Source of the DNA: an uncultured euryarchaeote
GTDB lineage: Archaea; Thermoplasmatota; Poseidoniia; Poseidoniales; Poseidoniaceae
DNA length: 64,000 nt
Direction: 5' to 3'
Assembly (NCBI GenBank): GCA_937899865.1
Contig: CALBRH010000025.1
Span: forward strand, 44,176-108,175
Shown: piece by piece, positions 1 to 12,300 of the stretch
Position numbering within the stretch: the first letter of the stretch is position 1
Layout of the letters: every line of letters starts with the position of its first letter
Made by a program: the position numbers and the translations under genes
The notes under the pieces: generated by a model
Databases searched by the model: none
The model's input: the letters and a program-made list of their open reading frames with translations, nothing else
What the model was told of the DNA's origin: nothing

Positions 1-399
1 GAATTAATCCGAACTGCTGAAGTGCCAATAATTGGAATTTGTTTTGGCCATCAGATTATTGCTGCAGCCCTTGGGGGTAAAGTAGAGCGAGCATCCAAAG
101 GTAGTCATTTTGTTTCTGAAGTGAAATACATAGATGGTGCTGTAGTTAATGCTGTGTTCACCCATCAAGACCACGTTGTAGATGCAGGAGAGTTAGAGGT
201 GATTGCTTCTGCACAACATTGCAAGATAGCGGCTTGTCAACATCCAACTAGGCCGATAAGAACAGTCCAATATCATCCTGAAGCAACATCTCGTATATTG
301 TCTAAAGCACTTAAGCACGGTGATATGACTAAAGTCGAAGCAGAAGTTTTTGATATGTCAAAGCCTTTGATAGATGTTTATGATTCACTCCTTGCTTGA
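1..399 (+). CDS. Class I glutamine amidotransferase family protein, 5'-truncated by the window edge
   Basis: Frame is open from base 1. It has the nucleophile motif PIIGICFGHQ and the QYHPE His-Pro-Glu motif. Confidence 0.85.
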   Translation, partial: ELIRTAEVPIIGICFGHQIIAAALGGKVERASKGSHFVSEVKYIDGAVVNAVFTHQDHVVDAGELEVIASAQHCKIAACQHPTRPIRTVQYHPEATSRILSKALKHGDMTKVEAEVFDMSKPLIDVYDSLLA

Positions 400-1113
400 A
401 TTGGAAAGTTCAATGAAATCTTGTTCAAACGAGTAAAGACACAATATTAATCCAACAAAAAGAGCATATTCTGCATATGCTGCAACATCAATAGCATACT
501 GGATTTTGTCCAAAGTTAGAATTGTATCTCCCTCAAGTCCATATTTGTCTAAACCATTAACTGCACGAACGACTGCTTGAGACATTATCACATAGGATAT
601 TAATGATAGTGAGATACTAAAAATTCGCAACTTCTTCCCCTTCTTATTGGCATTTGGAATAGCAAAGTGAGCCACGATTGCCCATACCATGCCGCCTTGA
701 AAAACCATTGAGGCTGTAATGACATGTAGTGCAAGATAGTCATACATGTTAGCAAATGACATTACAAACAAATTTCCACCAGTGAAAAGACCGCATAACA
801 TTGCTAAAAACAATAATTTGCTAGACTTTATTCTACTAAATTCGTACCACATCCGATAAGAAAATAGCATTTGAGCAAGTCCTGAAATTGCTAAACCAAT
901 TGTGAATACCCATCGCTCTACACCAGGGAAATCAGCTTCAGAGATGAAGAAGGGGAAGTCTCTGGAATTGCCATTTAGCAAATGAATTACCATGGCTAAA
1001 GGTACTACAGTAGCAGGTAGTAACCAACTAGTCTTAACTAGGGTTTCATCAGACAGGAATATTTTTCCAATTTTGATGCCATTTTTATCATTTTTCACTA
1101 CGACACCGTGCAT
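385..1113 (-). CDS. Multi-pass membrane protein resembling the Frag1/DRAM/Sfk1 family
   Basis: About six hydrophobic segments and an FPFFISEAD...ERWVF segment like the family's PYISDxG..PE motif. ATG at 1113 is preferred over the TTG at 1143 because a TATA-like element lies about 25 nt upstream. Confidence 0.55.
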   Translation of the reverse strand: MHGVVVKNDKNGIKIGKIFLSDETLVKTSWLLPATVVPLAMVIHLLNGNSRDFPFFISEADFPGVERWVFTIGLAISGLAQMLFSYRMWYEFSRIKSSKLLFLAMLCGLFTGGNLFVMSFANMYDYLALHVITASMVFQGGMVWAIVAHFAIPNANKKGKKLRIFSISLSLISYVIMSQAVVRAVNGLDKYGLEGDTILTLDKIQYAIDVAAYAEYALFVGLILCLYSFEQDFIELSNSSKE

Positions 1114-1174
1114 GGCGAATGGATTCGTGCCTATAACCTTCAAGTGTGATGGCTAACACCGCAACCTGTTTCAA

Positions 1175-2662
1175 ATGCCTCTGCGAGTCCACGACACCCG
1201 CCGTCGAGAGAAAGTTCCGTTCAAAACAATGGAGCCAGGTAAAGTCTCGATGTATGTCTGTGGCGTGACTGTATACGATAATTGTCATTTAGGCCATGCT
1301 CGTTGCTATCTTGCGTTTGACTTGATCCATCGTTGGCTTGAAGCATCAGGATTTGATGTACATTATGTTCAGAATTTCACCGATATCGATGACAAAATCA
1401 TCAATCGTGCCAACGAAACAGGAGCAGATTGGCGAAAATTGGTAGATGAAAATATTGCAGGATATTATGAAGATATGGACGCACTCAACATATTGAGAGC
1501 TGATGATTATCCACGTTGTACGGAATATGTAGATGATATGATTCGTATTACTCAAGATTTAATCGATAAAAATCATGCATATACTGCCCACGATGGCGTT
1601 TACTTCCATGTTGAGTCAGCACCTGAGAAATATGGGCAATTGACCGGGCAAAGTATTGATGCGGTACGCTCAGGTGCAGGTGGTCGAGTCGATGATACTG
1701 GATCTGGAAAGCGAGATCACAAGGATTTCGCTCTTTGGAAAGCCGCTAAACCAGGTGAGCCACACTGGGATTCTCCTTGGGGGCCAGGAAGGCCTGGTTG
1801 GCATATCGAATGTACTGCAATGTCAATGGATTACTTTGGCAAACAGTTTGATATTCACGGTGGGGGTCATGATTTGCGATTCCCGCATCATGAAGCAGAA
1901 ATCTTCCAAGGTGAATGTCACACAGGTTGTTCACCAGTAGTTCATCATTGGTTGCACAATGGTTTTGTTAATATCGATGGAGAGAAAATGAGTAAATCTC
2001 TGGACAACTTTTGGACTATCAAAGATATCCTGAAACAAGTTGATGCAATGGTGTTAAGATTTGCTTTAATCAATGCACATTATCGCTCACCAATCGATAT
2101 GAATGAGACCTTGTTAAAGGATGCTGAGCGCAATTATAATCGTGTTTTGAAGTGCTATATCAATGCACTAAAGAGCATGACTACGAAGTCACCAATTGCA
2201 TTACCACAACCAGATATTACTTCTCAACAGCCGCTAATCAAGTCTTTAGCAATGCTCGAGAAAATGGGCGAAGGATTTGCTCAAGCAATGGATGATGATT
2301 TCAATTCTCGCGATGCAGTTGCTAAGGTTCTTGGAGGAGTAAGAGAAATTTCCAAAGTGCTAGACAGTGGTTTAGATGACGCAGATAAAGACGCATTTGC
2401 TCATTATGCAGTTGATTGGTTAGAAGAATCTGCAGGCGTAGTTCTTGGGATTTTACCAACTCGAGAATTTGCCTTATTAGAACCGGAAGAAGACCCGCGT
2501 AAAGCAGAGATTGCACCCCGAGTGGAGGGTCTTCTTATCGAGAGAGCAGAAGCAAGAGCTAACAAAGATTGGGCAAAGGCTGACCAAATTCGTGATGAGT
2601 TGAACTCAATGGGAGTAATCGTAACTGATTCAGCCGATGGACCAACTTGGGAACTTGAGTAA
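1175..2662 (+). CDS. cysS: Cysteine--tRNA ligase
   Basis: [15 protein letters not shown] (HIGH motif), [30 protein letters not shown] and a C-terminal ADQIRDEL anticodon domain. Confidence 0.98.
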   Translation: MPLRVHDTRRREKVPFKTMEPGKVSMYVCGVTVYDNCHLGHARCYLAFDLIHRWLEASGFDVHYVQNFTDIDDKIINRANETGADWRKLVDENIAGYYEDMDALNILRADDYPRCTEYVDDMIRITQDLIDKNHAYTAHDGVYFHVESAPEKYGQLTGQSIDAVRSGAGGRVDDTGSGKRDHKDFALWKAAKPGEPHWDSPWGPGRPGWHIECTAMSMDYFGKQFDIHGGGHDLRFPHHEAEIFQGECHTGCSPVVHHWLHNGFVNIDGEKMSKSLDNFWTIKDILKQVDAMVLRFALINAHYRSPIDMNETLLKDAERNYNRVLKCYINALKSMTTKSPIALPQPDITSQQPLIKSLAMLEKMGEGFAQAMDDDFNSRDAVAKVLGGVREISKVLDSGLDDADKDAFAHYAVDWLEESAGVVLGILPTREFALLEPEEDPRKAEIAPRVEGLLIERAEARANKDWAKADQIRDELNSMGVIVTDSADGPTWELE

Positions 2663-2689
2663 TTAGTAATCTCATTTGGAAGATTTACT

Positions 2690-5572
2690 TCACTTGGGCG
2701 GTGGTTTTAGATCAGGTAAAACCGGCACGAATTGTTTTGGTTGGTGCTTTTCCATCACTGTTAGGAACTCATCCAAACTGATTACTCCATCACCATTAGC
2801 ATCAAATGTATCCAGCATAGCATCGATATCTGAAACCTTTACAGAGTCTTTGAGCAATGTGTTGACAGCGGTTCGAATCTCTCTCCTTGAGACATAACCA
2901 TCGTTAGTTTGGTCAATAGCAGTGAACAACCTTACTGCAGAAAGTCCGGAGGATTTCATAGCGCTAGCAACCTTGTCCTTGATGTCGATTGAATCATCTT
3001 TACCATCAGAATCACTTGAAGATTCATTCACATCTTCATCATCCCAAATTTTGTCGATTACTGTTGTTTGAGAATTAAGAAGATCATCATCGTCACCTCG
3101 ACTGACAACATACAATCCAAATAGCAATGCAATCACAATAATTAGTAAAATTAGTTTCAATTGATTCTTTGTTGCTTCATCTGCTTCTGCTTCATCAATA
3201 AATTGGTCATCTGGTTGGTCAGCAAACATGTCATCGTCATCATCAACAGTATTGTTATCGGTTGGTCCAGGTAATGTAGTAGTGTCGCCACCATTGTTGG
3301 TATTGCCGCCATTGTTGTTATTGTTACCAGTATTTGTGTTGTCATCGGGAAGTTGAACATTGACATTTATCCTGTCACCATTTTCCATTTCAACAGTGTA
3401 ATAATTGTCATATAATTTTGTCAAATCAATGTGATAATTTGCATGAGTTGAACGATTGATTACATCGAAGTAGCGGTCATCTCCAGAAGTAAATATTGGG
3501 TCCAAAGTCAGGTTCTTCAAACGATTAACATTATCTTTGTAATCACCATCAAAAGTAGTATTCAACCAAGCATTGATTTCTTCATCGCTGTCGCCGTTGA
3601 ACTCGACCCAATTAGCCTTCATGTCATCAAACTCATGACGCATAGCCATGGCCAGACCTGCCTCGATTTCGGCAAAGGTTTGACTACCATCTACCTCGGT
3701 CAGTGATGTCACATCTACGGCTTTTTGGAATCCTGTACCATTGACATATTCCCAATCATCACCTTGCAATTGTTGCATGAGGTCAACATCACCAAATACG
3801 GCTTTACCTTGTACTACGGTTAGTGCTACATCAGCATCAATAGCTTCAATCAAGTTTCGATATGGGTCTTCATGGAAGGTATCTATGACAACAAGGTCAG
3901 CATATAGGTCAGCCTTGATTCGTCCAACAAAAGGAGTCCACCCTGTGGCATCAGCAGGATTACAAGTAACCATTTCTACCAATTCATAATTGCTAAAGTG
4001 GCCACCAAGATTGTTGGTGTTCCACATATCTGCAACCTTTAATTCATGCAGGTTATTTTTCGAACCACTTGGCCCCCAATCTGGTGAGATTGAGATGCTT
4101 ACACCTGCTTGGTCTGCCGCGACAACATCAGTTGTATCACCGTATAGTAATAGATTAGAAAGCGGAGACCACACAAGTTCTGAATTGACACTAGCCATTT
4201 TACTAAATTGTGAGGAGTCTAATGCTGTTCCATGAATGACAATAGTTTCATCCATTATCAAATTCTTACTCCACAATGCATCAAATTCGTCTTTGCTGGA
4301 TTGATCAACTCCTTCTGATAAGTGAACAAACCACGCGTTTAGTGTTCCTGCCTCACTTTGACTAATCAGGTGGCTACCTGTATAATCGTCATCAGCAGCA
4401 CCACATACAGCGCATGTAGAAATACCGTCTTGTCCGAAGTTGTATAACTCGACATTTCTCGACAGAATGCTATCCCATGCTTGGGTGCCTGAACTTGGTG
4501 AACCTTGCATGGCAGTCACTCCACCGGAGACTGCTTGTACCTCAGCGTACTTCATCTGTTCACTTGCCATATCCCAACGATAAGTCGACTGAATATTGGT
4601 CTTCATCCAAGTAATACTTGGTCCGTAATCCCAGTTGTTACCCCATTGGTATCTGTTAGTGTATCCGCCTTCCTCTGACTTTTGAGAGTCACTAAGATGC
4701 ACATCGAAATCCCAAAGAGGTATGTGATTGTAATGTACGTGATTGTGCAAATCAATCAATCCAGGATAAATTGTCCCTTCAGTTTCAACGATTGGCACAT
4801 CAGTAAAATCAACACCAGCAGGTGGATTGGCATTTGATGCCCATACCCCGGTAATCTTACCGTCACGAATCATCACATTTCCATCATTTATTACGTTATT
4901 TTCACCATCCATTGTGACAACTCTTCCTTTGAGAAGGAATGCTCTAGATGAGTCTGTGTTGGTCAACTTATAGCAATTAACAATGTTGTCAGGTACAGTA
5001 TACGGCTCTGAATAATCTGCAGCCCTACCGGGGGTCGGGTCGTCCTTGGTTAAACTGCCATCATCCGAAATGTAAGACCTGCCATAACTAGAGTCACTTG
5101 CTGGGAAAGACATAGAGTTGATTAGATTAGAATTGGTATCAGAAATACTGACTGTCTCGCCATCAAAATAACTCAGATCGAGGTCGGAATCAGCACGGAA
5201 TACTACCAATCTCTCATCAGCATCGAGCGTAGTATTGTATGGAAGTTGACAAGGCGGGCTACCACTGGTTGTTGAAAGGAGCCAACTTGAGACATCCTGT
5301 GGTGCATCACCGGAATTCCATATTTCGATAAATTGGTCACTATATTTACCGTAATCTCCGTCGCCATTCCAGTCAACTGCGCCGTAGATGTTAGAATTAG
5401 TTTCATTGGCTACAAGATTATTTGGACTAATGAAAAGTTCCGAAATAACCACATTTGCCGCACGACCATTTGCCTCTTTTGCATCGTCTAATTCTAGGCT
5501 ATTGACTGTTGAAGACCATGAAGAAAACATCAGCAGCAGCAACACGCTTGAGGCAACTAGTACTCGTCGCAT
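2690..5572 (-). CDS. Secreted, membrane-anchored amidohydrolase with an N-terminal lamin-tail domain and a C-terminal EF-hand pair
   Basis: Signal peptide MRRVLVASSVLLLLMF; lamin-tail-like VVISEL...QFIEIWNSG; metal motifs IDLHNH, HLSEG, IHG and ISPDW; TM helix LILLIIVIALLFGLYVV; EF loops DQTNDGYVSRRE and DANGDGVISLDE. Start moved from 5623 to the ATG at 5572. Confidence 0.85.
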   Translation of the reverse strand: MRRVLVASSVLLLLMFSSWSSTVNSLELDDAKEANGRAANVVISELFISPNNLVANETNSNIYGAVDWNGDGDYGKYSDQFIEIWNSGDAPQDVSSWLLSTTSGSPPCQLPYNTTLDADERLVVFRADSDLDLSYFDGETVSISDTNSNLINSMSFPASDSSYGRSYISDDGSLTKDDPTPGRAADYSEPYTVPDNIVNCYKLTNTDSSRAFLLKGRVVTMDGENNVINDGNVMIRDGKITGVWASNANPPAGVDFTDVPIVETEGTIYPGLIDLHNHVHYNHIPLWDFDVHLSDSQKSEEGGYTNRYQWGNNWDYGPSITWMKTNIQSTYRWDMASEQMKYAEVQAVSGGVTAMQGSPSSGTQAWDSILSRNVELYNFGQDGISTCAVCGAADDDYTGSHLISQSEAGTLNAWFVHLSEGVDQSSKDEFDALWSKNLIMDETIVIHGTALDSSQFSKMASVNSELVWSPLSNLLLYGDTTDVVAADQAGVSISISPDWGPSGSKNNLHELKVADMWNTNNLGGHFSNYELVEMVTCNPADATGWTPFVGRIKADLYADLVVIDTFHEDPYRNLIEAIDADVALTVVQGKAVFGDVDLMQQLQGDDWEYVNGTGFQKAVDVTSLTEVDGSQTFAEIEAGLAMAMRHEFDDMKANWVEFNGDSDEEINAWLNTTFDGDYKDNVNRLKNLTLDPIFTSGDDRYFDVINRSTHANYHIDLTKLYDNYYTVEMENGDRINVNVQLPDDNTNTGNNNNNGGNTNNGGDTTTLPGPTDNNTVDDDDDMFADQPDDQFIDEAEADEATKNQLKLILLIIVIALLFGLYVVSRGDDDDLLNSQTTVIDKIWDDEDVNESSSDSDGKDDSIDIKDKVASAMKSSGLSAVRLFTAIDQTNDGYVSRREIRTAVNTLLKDSVKVSDIDAMLDTFDANGDGVISLDEFLTVMEKHQPKQFVPVLPDLKPPPK

Positions 5573-5659
5573 GTAGCGACCTTTACTAACAAGGACATTA
5601 ACCCGCCGGTATCGATTTGGCAACGATTAGATGATAGACTAAATCAAATTGGTAGAGTT

Positions 5660-6034
5660 ATGGCCACATTAGATATTAGTGAACCAGAGTTCTCCGGAAT
5701 CATTGAAAATAACAAAATTGTCATACTTGACTTTTGGGCTGAGTGGTGTGGCCCATGTAAGGCATATGGGCCGGTGTATGAGCGGGTTTCAAACGAATTT
5801 GAAGATGTGGTTTTTGCTAAAATCAATACCGAAGAGGAACCTCAATTGGGTAGAATGTTCAATATTAGATCTATTCCAACAACCATTGCTTTCAAAGAAC
5901 AGATTGGCGTTTTTATGCAGCCGGGGGCGCTTCCGGAAGCAGCATTACGTGATTTAGTGGTAATGTTACAAGACCTAGACATGGATGAAGTTAGAAAAGA
6001 GATGGAATCTATGAAGACCGAAGAATCAGAGTAA
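5660..6034 (+). CDS. trxA: Thioredoxin
   Basis: DFWAEWCGPC active site and IRSIPT cis-Pro loop. Confidence 0.95.
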   Translation: MATLDISEPEFSGIIENNKIVILDFWAEWCGPCKAYGPVYERVSNEFEDVVFAKINTEEEPQLGRMFNIRSIPTTIAFKEQIGVFMQPGALPEAALRDLVVMLQDLDMDEVRKEMESMKTEESE

Positions 6035-6080
6035 GTCATATCATGCGATGATTTCAATAGGTTGAGGTTTAGCGCAACCC

Positions 6081-7889
6081 ATGCACTGGAAGCCTTGGCT
6101 CATCATTATGGTAATGATGAGTGCAACTCTTTCCGGTTGTCTTGGTGAAGACTCGAGTACAGAGTCAGAGTCTATCAGCTATGATTCTTATCCTGAACCA
6201 TGGGATAGAGCCAATATAGTGTACGACAATACTGATGTCTTTAGTCGAGTTTCAGTAAATGGAACATTCAATATTTCAGCGCCACAATCAATCTATGTCC
6301 CAGTTCCAACAATTACCGCTGCTGATGGTGGAGCGGGTGTAACTGGTGGTGCAGAGGTTCATCTTGGCTTATGGCTGCCTGAAATTGATGGCTGTGATTT
6401 CACTGCTGGAAATGTTAGCGAAGAATGTAAAGTACCAGTCATTGCTGATGTCGGACCTTACTATGATGATGGAGATGTTTCGGCAACAACTCCGGCAGAC
6501 AGGCTAGGTCGATTTTTAATCGAAAACTATGTTCCACATGGCTTTGGTGTTGCCCAAGTATCGGTATTTGGTACCGGTAATTCAAATCATTGTATGGACT
6601 TAATGGGTACTGACGAGCAAAGAGGCATTGACGCTGCAGTGACCTATTTAGGAGAAGCAGGTTGGTCAAATGGAAAAGTTGGCTTAATTGGAAAATCCTA
6701 TGATGGTTCAACACCATGGCAAGCTGCTACTTTTGGAAATCCATATCTTGCAACAATTGTTCCAATGTCTGGATTGATTGGTGTTCATGATTTGATGTGG
6801 CGCAATGGAAGTATGGAAGCAAGAGGCGCAATAATGCACAATGGAGTATACGGATCATTTGGAATTGATGGTGATGGCGGTGATACTGGGAACCTATGTG
6901 AGGGTTATATGGAAGGTTATGTAAACGGTCCACTAGCCTATCAAACTGGAGGCATGGTAGACTATGCTGGCAATACTTATTGGACCGAGCGTTCATTCTT
7001 GTCTAGAGTATTAGAGAATTATCAAGGTTCAATTTACATAATCCAAGGAATGCAAGATTGGAATGTAGATCCGCACATGGCATTCCCCGTTCATCAGCAA
7101 GTCGAAGATGCTGGAATAGAGGTCAAAACATTAGCCGGACAATGGGCTCACGATTATCCTGACCGTGTTGAAGGTCATAGTTCACAAAACTCTGGCCGAG
7201 GTGCTGAGGCTTATCCCTACACATTGAGATGGGATTGGGCTGACGAGATGCTATTTTGGTTTGATTGGTACCTCAAGGGCGAAGGTAGAGCACCAACATT
7301 AGGAGTTGAAATGCAGGATAATCGTGGTGGCTGGAGATTTGAAACCACTTACCCAGCACCAGATACCGAATACTTGGAAATCAACGGTGCTGATATGGCG
7401 CCCGATGGAACTTCAATGTCAGCAGCATCGTCCATAACTCTAAGTTATGGGCCGTTCGAAGAAGATGTCTACATTGCTGGTATGCCAACATTCCATATTC
7501 CGGTTACACCTAGTACGCTAAATGGCGCACATGGGTTCTTGGAAATGACAGATGAAGAAGGAATGCACCTTGGACATGCTGTAATGGATTTCAGATTTCA
7601 TGCAGGAGGTCGTGATGGCCAACTAACTTTAGTGCCATATGTGGAAGTTCTAGGTTTGATGGAATTTATGCCAATGGATGTATTCATTAGTGCGGGAGAA
7701 ACTATCTTCATCACTTTGACTCAAACCGGTGAGGATTATGTTCCGTCATCATCTGCCGTTGGTGGTTATTCAGTTGATTGGAGTGCCTCAACTCTAACAT
7801 TGCCAATAGTAAAGCGCACCTGTGAAGATTTATTCCAAGCCCCAATGCAAGTATATGGTACCGAAGATGCTGGCGTTAGAGAATGCTGA
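6081..7889 (+). CDS. CocE/NonD (peptidase S15-like) alpha/beta hydrolase lipoprotein
   Basis: Lipobox-like LSGC, nucleophile elbow [14 protein letters not shown] and GQWAH catalytic Asp/His segments, C-terminal jelly-roll region. Confidence 0.85.
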   Translation: MHWKPWLIIMVMMSATLSGCLGEDSSTESESISYDSYPEPWDRANIVYDNTDVFSRVSVNGTFNISAPQSIYVPVPTITAADGGAGVTGGAEVHLGLWLPEIDGCDFTAGNVSEECKVPVIADVGPYYDDGDVSATTPADRLGRFLIENYVPHGFGVAQVSVFGTGNSNHCMDLMGTDEQRGIDAAVTYLGEAGWSNGKVGLIGKSYDGSTPWQAATFGNPYLATIVPMSGLIGVHDLMWRNGSMEARGAIMHNGVYGSFGIDGDGGDTGNLCEGYMEGYVNGPLAYQTGGMVDYAGNTYWTERSFLSRVLENYQGSIYIIQGMQDWNVDPHMAFPVHQQVEDAGIEVKTLAGQWAHDYPDRVEGHSSQNSGRGAEAYPYTLRWDWADEMLFWFDWYLKGEGRAPTLGVEMQDNRGGWRFETTYPAPDTEYLEINGADMAPDGTSMSAASSITLSYGPFEEDVYIAGMPTFHIPVTPSTLNGAHGFLEMTDEEGMHLGHAVMDFRFHAGGRDGQLTLVPYVEVLGLMEFMPMDVFISAGETIFITLTQTGEDYVPSSSAVGGYSVDWSASTLTLPIVKRTCEDLFQAPMQVYGTEDAGVREC

Positions 7890-7925
7890 TTTGTCATTGA
7901 GTACCAGGTGATTCTGAATAGTTAT

Positions 7926-9326
7926 TCAGTAATCTGGCAAGATTAACTCAACTGCAAATAACGGGTCAGGGTCAGTAGAATCATGATATGCTACAACTAC
8001 TCCTCCGTCGTTTAGAATTGCTAAAGAAGCAAAGTCGAATCGAATATCATTTCCTGCACCTGAAGTAGAATCTAGATCGCCTTGACCTATGTAAGTCAAG
8101 GTATCAGGTGACATGTCTTGGGAGTAACCTCTAACATGGTATACAGTATCGACATCAGGCCCTTCAGAGCTTTGATACCTAACATTCAACACAAATAGGT
8201 CTAATTCGCCATTGGCTTGGAATTCCCACTCTTCAATTTGAGTTGCCTGTTCATTCAATTCGTAAGTATAATTCATCCAAGTCATTGCGCCATCATCTGA
8301 CATATAATGGGTAAAAGATGTACCAGTATTTGCTACACAATGTATTATTCCTGCTGAATCAATTTGACAATATTCGCTAGGGAACTGAACAAATAATTCA
8401 TTCCAAGATAGTGATGTGTCCATGAATGCAGCATTGCCGTTGCTGTAATATGAGGGGAATACCAATCCACCACTTGGCATAGGAAACGCTCGCATTTCTT
8501 TGTGTGGCTTATTGACATCGTAGTATGCTGGTAAGTTTGCCTCAGTGAAATCTAGATCGAGTTCAACCTCTGGGTCACCACCACTGCGGTCAGGAAATTG
8601 GAATGGATAATAGTTCAAACCATCAACACTAATTTGCCCACCAGCATTCATTGACTGATGCCAAAAGTTTGACACAACAATGCTTGCCCATTCACCATTA
8701 CCCAAGGTTGACTCAATAGGCCCAATAACCTCAACTTGCCATGAACGGTCATAAAATGGTTCAGTAATTCTATTGTAGCACCATTTCCATTCATCTTCAG
8801 ATTCATCATATAATATTGCATAGAATTTGTCCAATTTTAGATCAGCACCTGGGTAAGGGAACCAAGACATTGAAATTATATCGCCATTGGTTGCTTGTAC
8901 AATACTTCCTTCGCCCAATCCTTCCTGACCAGGATTGGTTGGAACGAAAGTCACACATTGTCCGACTGCAGGTAAAACTCCAGGGATGTAAGTATCCCAT
9001 TCATGACCACGGTCAAGACTCCATACAGGATATTCCCCACCTATGTTGAGTATTTGTCCATCGATTGTTGTAGCAAGGTAATGTTCACAGCAATTTCCTC
9101 CTTTTGACGCATCAAATACTGCCCATGACATGTTAGTAGATTGATTGGTCCTCAAGTCAATAGTGGTGAATGGTCGTGGGGACTCGTGAGATGCGTTATC
9201 AATCAAGATATATTCTGTCCAAATATTCTCGACAACTTCTTCTTCGACGAATGTTTCACCTTCGCCAAAACAACCTGCTAGCATTGTAGAAAGTGCTAGC
9301 AAAATCGCCAAGGTAATTCTTCGCAT
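7926..9326 (-). CDS. Lipoprotein with Asp-box (BNR) motifs, probably a beta-propeller
   Basis: MRRITLAILLALSTMLAGC signal and lipobox; Asp-box-like WSLDRGHEW and YMSDDGAMTW. Confidence 0.6.
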   Translation of the reverse strand: MRRITLAILLALSTMLAGCFGEGETFVEEEVVENIWTEYILIDNASHESPRPFTTIDLRTNQSTNMSWAVFDASKGGNCCEHYLATTIDGQILNIGGEYPVWSLDRGHEWDTYIPGVLPAVGQCVTFVPTNPGQEGLGEGSIVQATNGDIISMSWFPYPGADLKLDKFYAILYDESEDEWKWCYNRITEPFYDRSWQVEVIGPIESTLGNGEWASIVVSNFWHQSMNAGGQISVDGLNYYPFQFPDRSGGDPEVELDLDFTEANLPAYYDVNKPHKEMRAFPMPSGGLVFPSYYSNGNAAFMDTSLSWNELFVQFPSEYCQIDSAGIIHCVANTGTSFTHYMSDDGAMTWMNYTYELNEQATQIEEWEFQANGELDLFVLNVRYQSSEGPDVDTVYHVRGYSQDMSPDTLTYIGQGDLDSTSGAGNDIRFDFASLAILNDGGVVVAYHDSTDPDPLFAVELILPDY

Positions 9327-9374
9327 GTTGGGTCTAAGTAGCACTCATGTTTGAATGCGTCGTTTATTAGATTT

Positions 9375-12300
9375 CTATGAAACTTTGAAGTAAATCTTAG
9401 CTTCATCAACCTCAAAATTCTCGATTTCAGAATTAGGCGACTCACCATTTGGATAGAAAATTGCTGCATTTGCTCTTGTTTCAGAAATTATCCAATCTTG
9501 GTCAATCTTGAATAATTCTGGAGCATTTTCCATCCATACTTCAAGTTCGATAGTTGCTTCAATTTCCAAGTTCAAATCTTTACGCTTGGCTTGAATTCTT
9601 CTTGTTATGTCACGGGCTAATCCCTTGGATAATAGTTCAGGAGTATCGTTCATGTCCAATACAAGGCTAACATGGTATGAATCATCACCTTGTCCAACTT
9701 GAATTGTAGATGCAGCAAAACCTGATTTTTCAACACGCTTTACTTCAACATCACCCTCTTCTATTTGTATACCCATAATCTCCAAACTTCCAGCTTTGAT
9801 TTGTTCAAGCATTGCCGCAGGGTCATCTGCGTTACGAATCTCAGCAGCGATTGAATTTACATCGCCTCTTGCACGTGGTGCTAATGCTCTAAAGTTAGGA
9901 GCCAGTTCAATCTGTTGAAATCTATCTAAGTCAGTCTCTATTGAAATATTTTCAACATTCAATTCCTCTGCTAATATATCATGGAATTCAGCCAAATCAG
10001 GACCAGAGACAATCCATCCATCTCCACATGGCAATCTTTGTCTTCGTGATGCATCTACTCGAATTCGACGACCTGTTTCAGCAAGTTCTCGAACTAAATT
10101 CATTTTCTCTTCTAAATCAAGGTCTTGTGGAGGTAGGGTTGCAGTAGCATTTGCAGCCTCCTCATCCCATGAGTCAGCAGTAGCACCATCAAGGCTACCT
10201 GGTGTGCCAAGAGGCCAATCAGCCAAATGGACAGTTGAGCCAGCCAAGTTACGATAAATCACATCGACCATAAACGGGCTTACTGGTGCAACCAAGCGGC
10301 AAACAGTGGTTAGAACTTCATGCAGGGTGTTTTGACATGCGAGTTTGTCGGTATTTTCAGCCTCGTCCCATAATCTTCTGCGACTTCTTCGGACATACCA
10401 ATTTGATAAATCATTGACTACAAAGTCTTCAAGTTCTCGACATGCTTTGTGGTAATTCCAATTAGTGAAACCATCATGATAGCCCTTTGCTACAGTTGCT
10501 AATCGAGATAAAATCCAACGGTCAAGAGGTGATCTTTGCTCTACTGTAATGTGGTTTGTTTCGGGGTCAAAGCCATCAAGAGCAGCATAATCAGCATGGA
10601 ATTTGTAGATGTTCCATAGAGTCAAAAACATCTTGGCATAAGTTTCTCGCACACCATTAGGGTCGAATTTTAGTGGACTCCAAGGTGCTCCTGCGGTCAC
10701 CATATACCATCTTGTAGCATCTGCCCCTTCTCGATTAAAATGGTCCCAAGGGTCGACAATATTGCCTTTTGATTTTGACATTTTCTTTCCTTCTGCATCA
10801 AGAATTAATCCTAAAGATAGACATCTCTTGTAAGCAGGTGAGTCAAATACAGTAGTTGAAACTGCTAACAAAGTGTAAAACCATCCACGTGTTTGGTCAA
10901 CACCTTCACAGATGTAGTCAACAGGGAAAGATGAGTTGAAAGTTTCTCCACCATCGAAAGGATGATGCCATTGGGCAAATGGTGCACATCCTGAATCAAA
11001 CCAACAATCCATGACAAATGGTTCTCTATGCATTGGTTTCCCATTATCGGAAAGTAAAGTGAATCCATCAACAATTGGCCGGTGAAGGTCAACATCGTCA
11101 GGGCATTCTGGATTTTTAAAACCAGCAGCATTAGCTTTAGCGACTTCTGCTTGCAATTCCTCGATTGAACCAATACATTTCATCTGTCCATCTTCACAAC
11201 GCCATACAGGAAGTGGAGTGCCCCAATATCTCTCTCTTGAGATTGCCCAATCTTTGACATTTCTAAGCCATTCACCGAATCTACCCTCGCCAACCCAATC
11301 AGGGGCCCATTCGACTCCATCATTGAATTCTAGTAGTTTTTCTTTAACGGCAGTCATACGAACAAACCATGAATCCATGGCATAGTATAGTAATGGATGG
11401 TCTGTTCTCCAACAATGTGGATAGTCGTGAAGGTAGGCTTTTTCACGGTATAAAAGTCCACTTTGAGGGCCTTTGCCATTGCTGCCATTAGGTGCAGATA
11501 ACAAGTCAATAATTGTTTGATCACATTCTTTGACATAACGTCCATCAAGTTGTTCATGAATCCCTTCAACAAAGGCACCGTCCATTCCTACGGTATGGAA
11601 TGCTGGGAGGCCTACTTCCATACCAAGATTATAGTCATCTTCACCATACATTACTGCGGTGTGAACTACGCCAGTACCATCGGTTGTTGTTACCCAATCT
11701 GCTGACAGAACTGTCCAAGCAGTCTCGGAATCGCCTCTTGGAACAGCACTTGGGAATAGAGGTTCGTAAGAGCGACCAACCAATTCACTACCAGGAAATT
11801 CTTCCACGATTTCGACATTGTGTCTCAAGACTTCCTTCATCAAATCTTTTGCTAAAATCATTGTTTCACCAATATCAGCACCACCAGAACCACTCCAATT
11901 TGCTGCAGCTTCAGAAACTCTAACTTTGACATAGGTTACATCAGGTCCAACAGCAAGGCCGACGTTACCTGGCAGAGTCCATGGAGTAGTTGTCCAAGCG
12001 AGAATAGATGAATCATCATCGGTTAGTTTGAATTTTACATAAACCGAAGGTTCCTCGACTTCTTTGTAGCCTAATGCTACTTCATGACTTGAATAAGAAG
12101 TACCTGTTTGAGGGCAGTATGGCAATACTTTGTGGCCTCGATAAAGCAGTCCTTTGTCGAACATTTGCTTTAATGCCCACCAACATGATTCAACATAGTC
12201 ATTGTCTAGAGTGACGTATGGATTATCAAGGTCGACCCAATAAGCCATACGTTCTGTCATTTCACGCCATGCAGACTCATAAGTCCATACAGATTCTCGA

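Noticed and set aside
2860-2890. GGTTCGAATC resembling a tRNA T-loop
   Set aside because: It lies inside the amidohydrolase CDS (EF-hand region), and no acceptor, D or anticodon stems can be formed around it.
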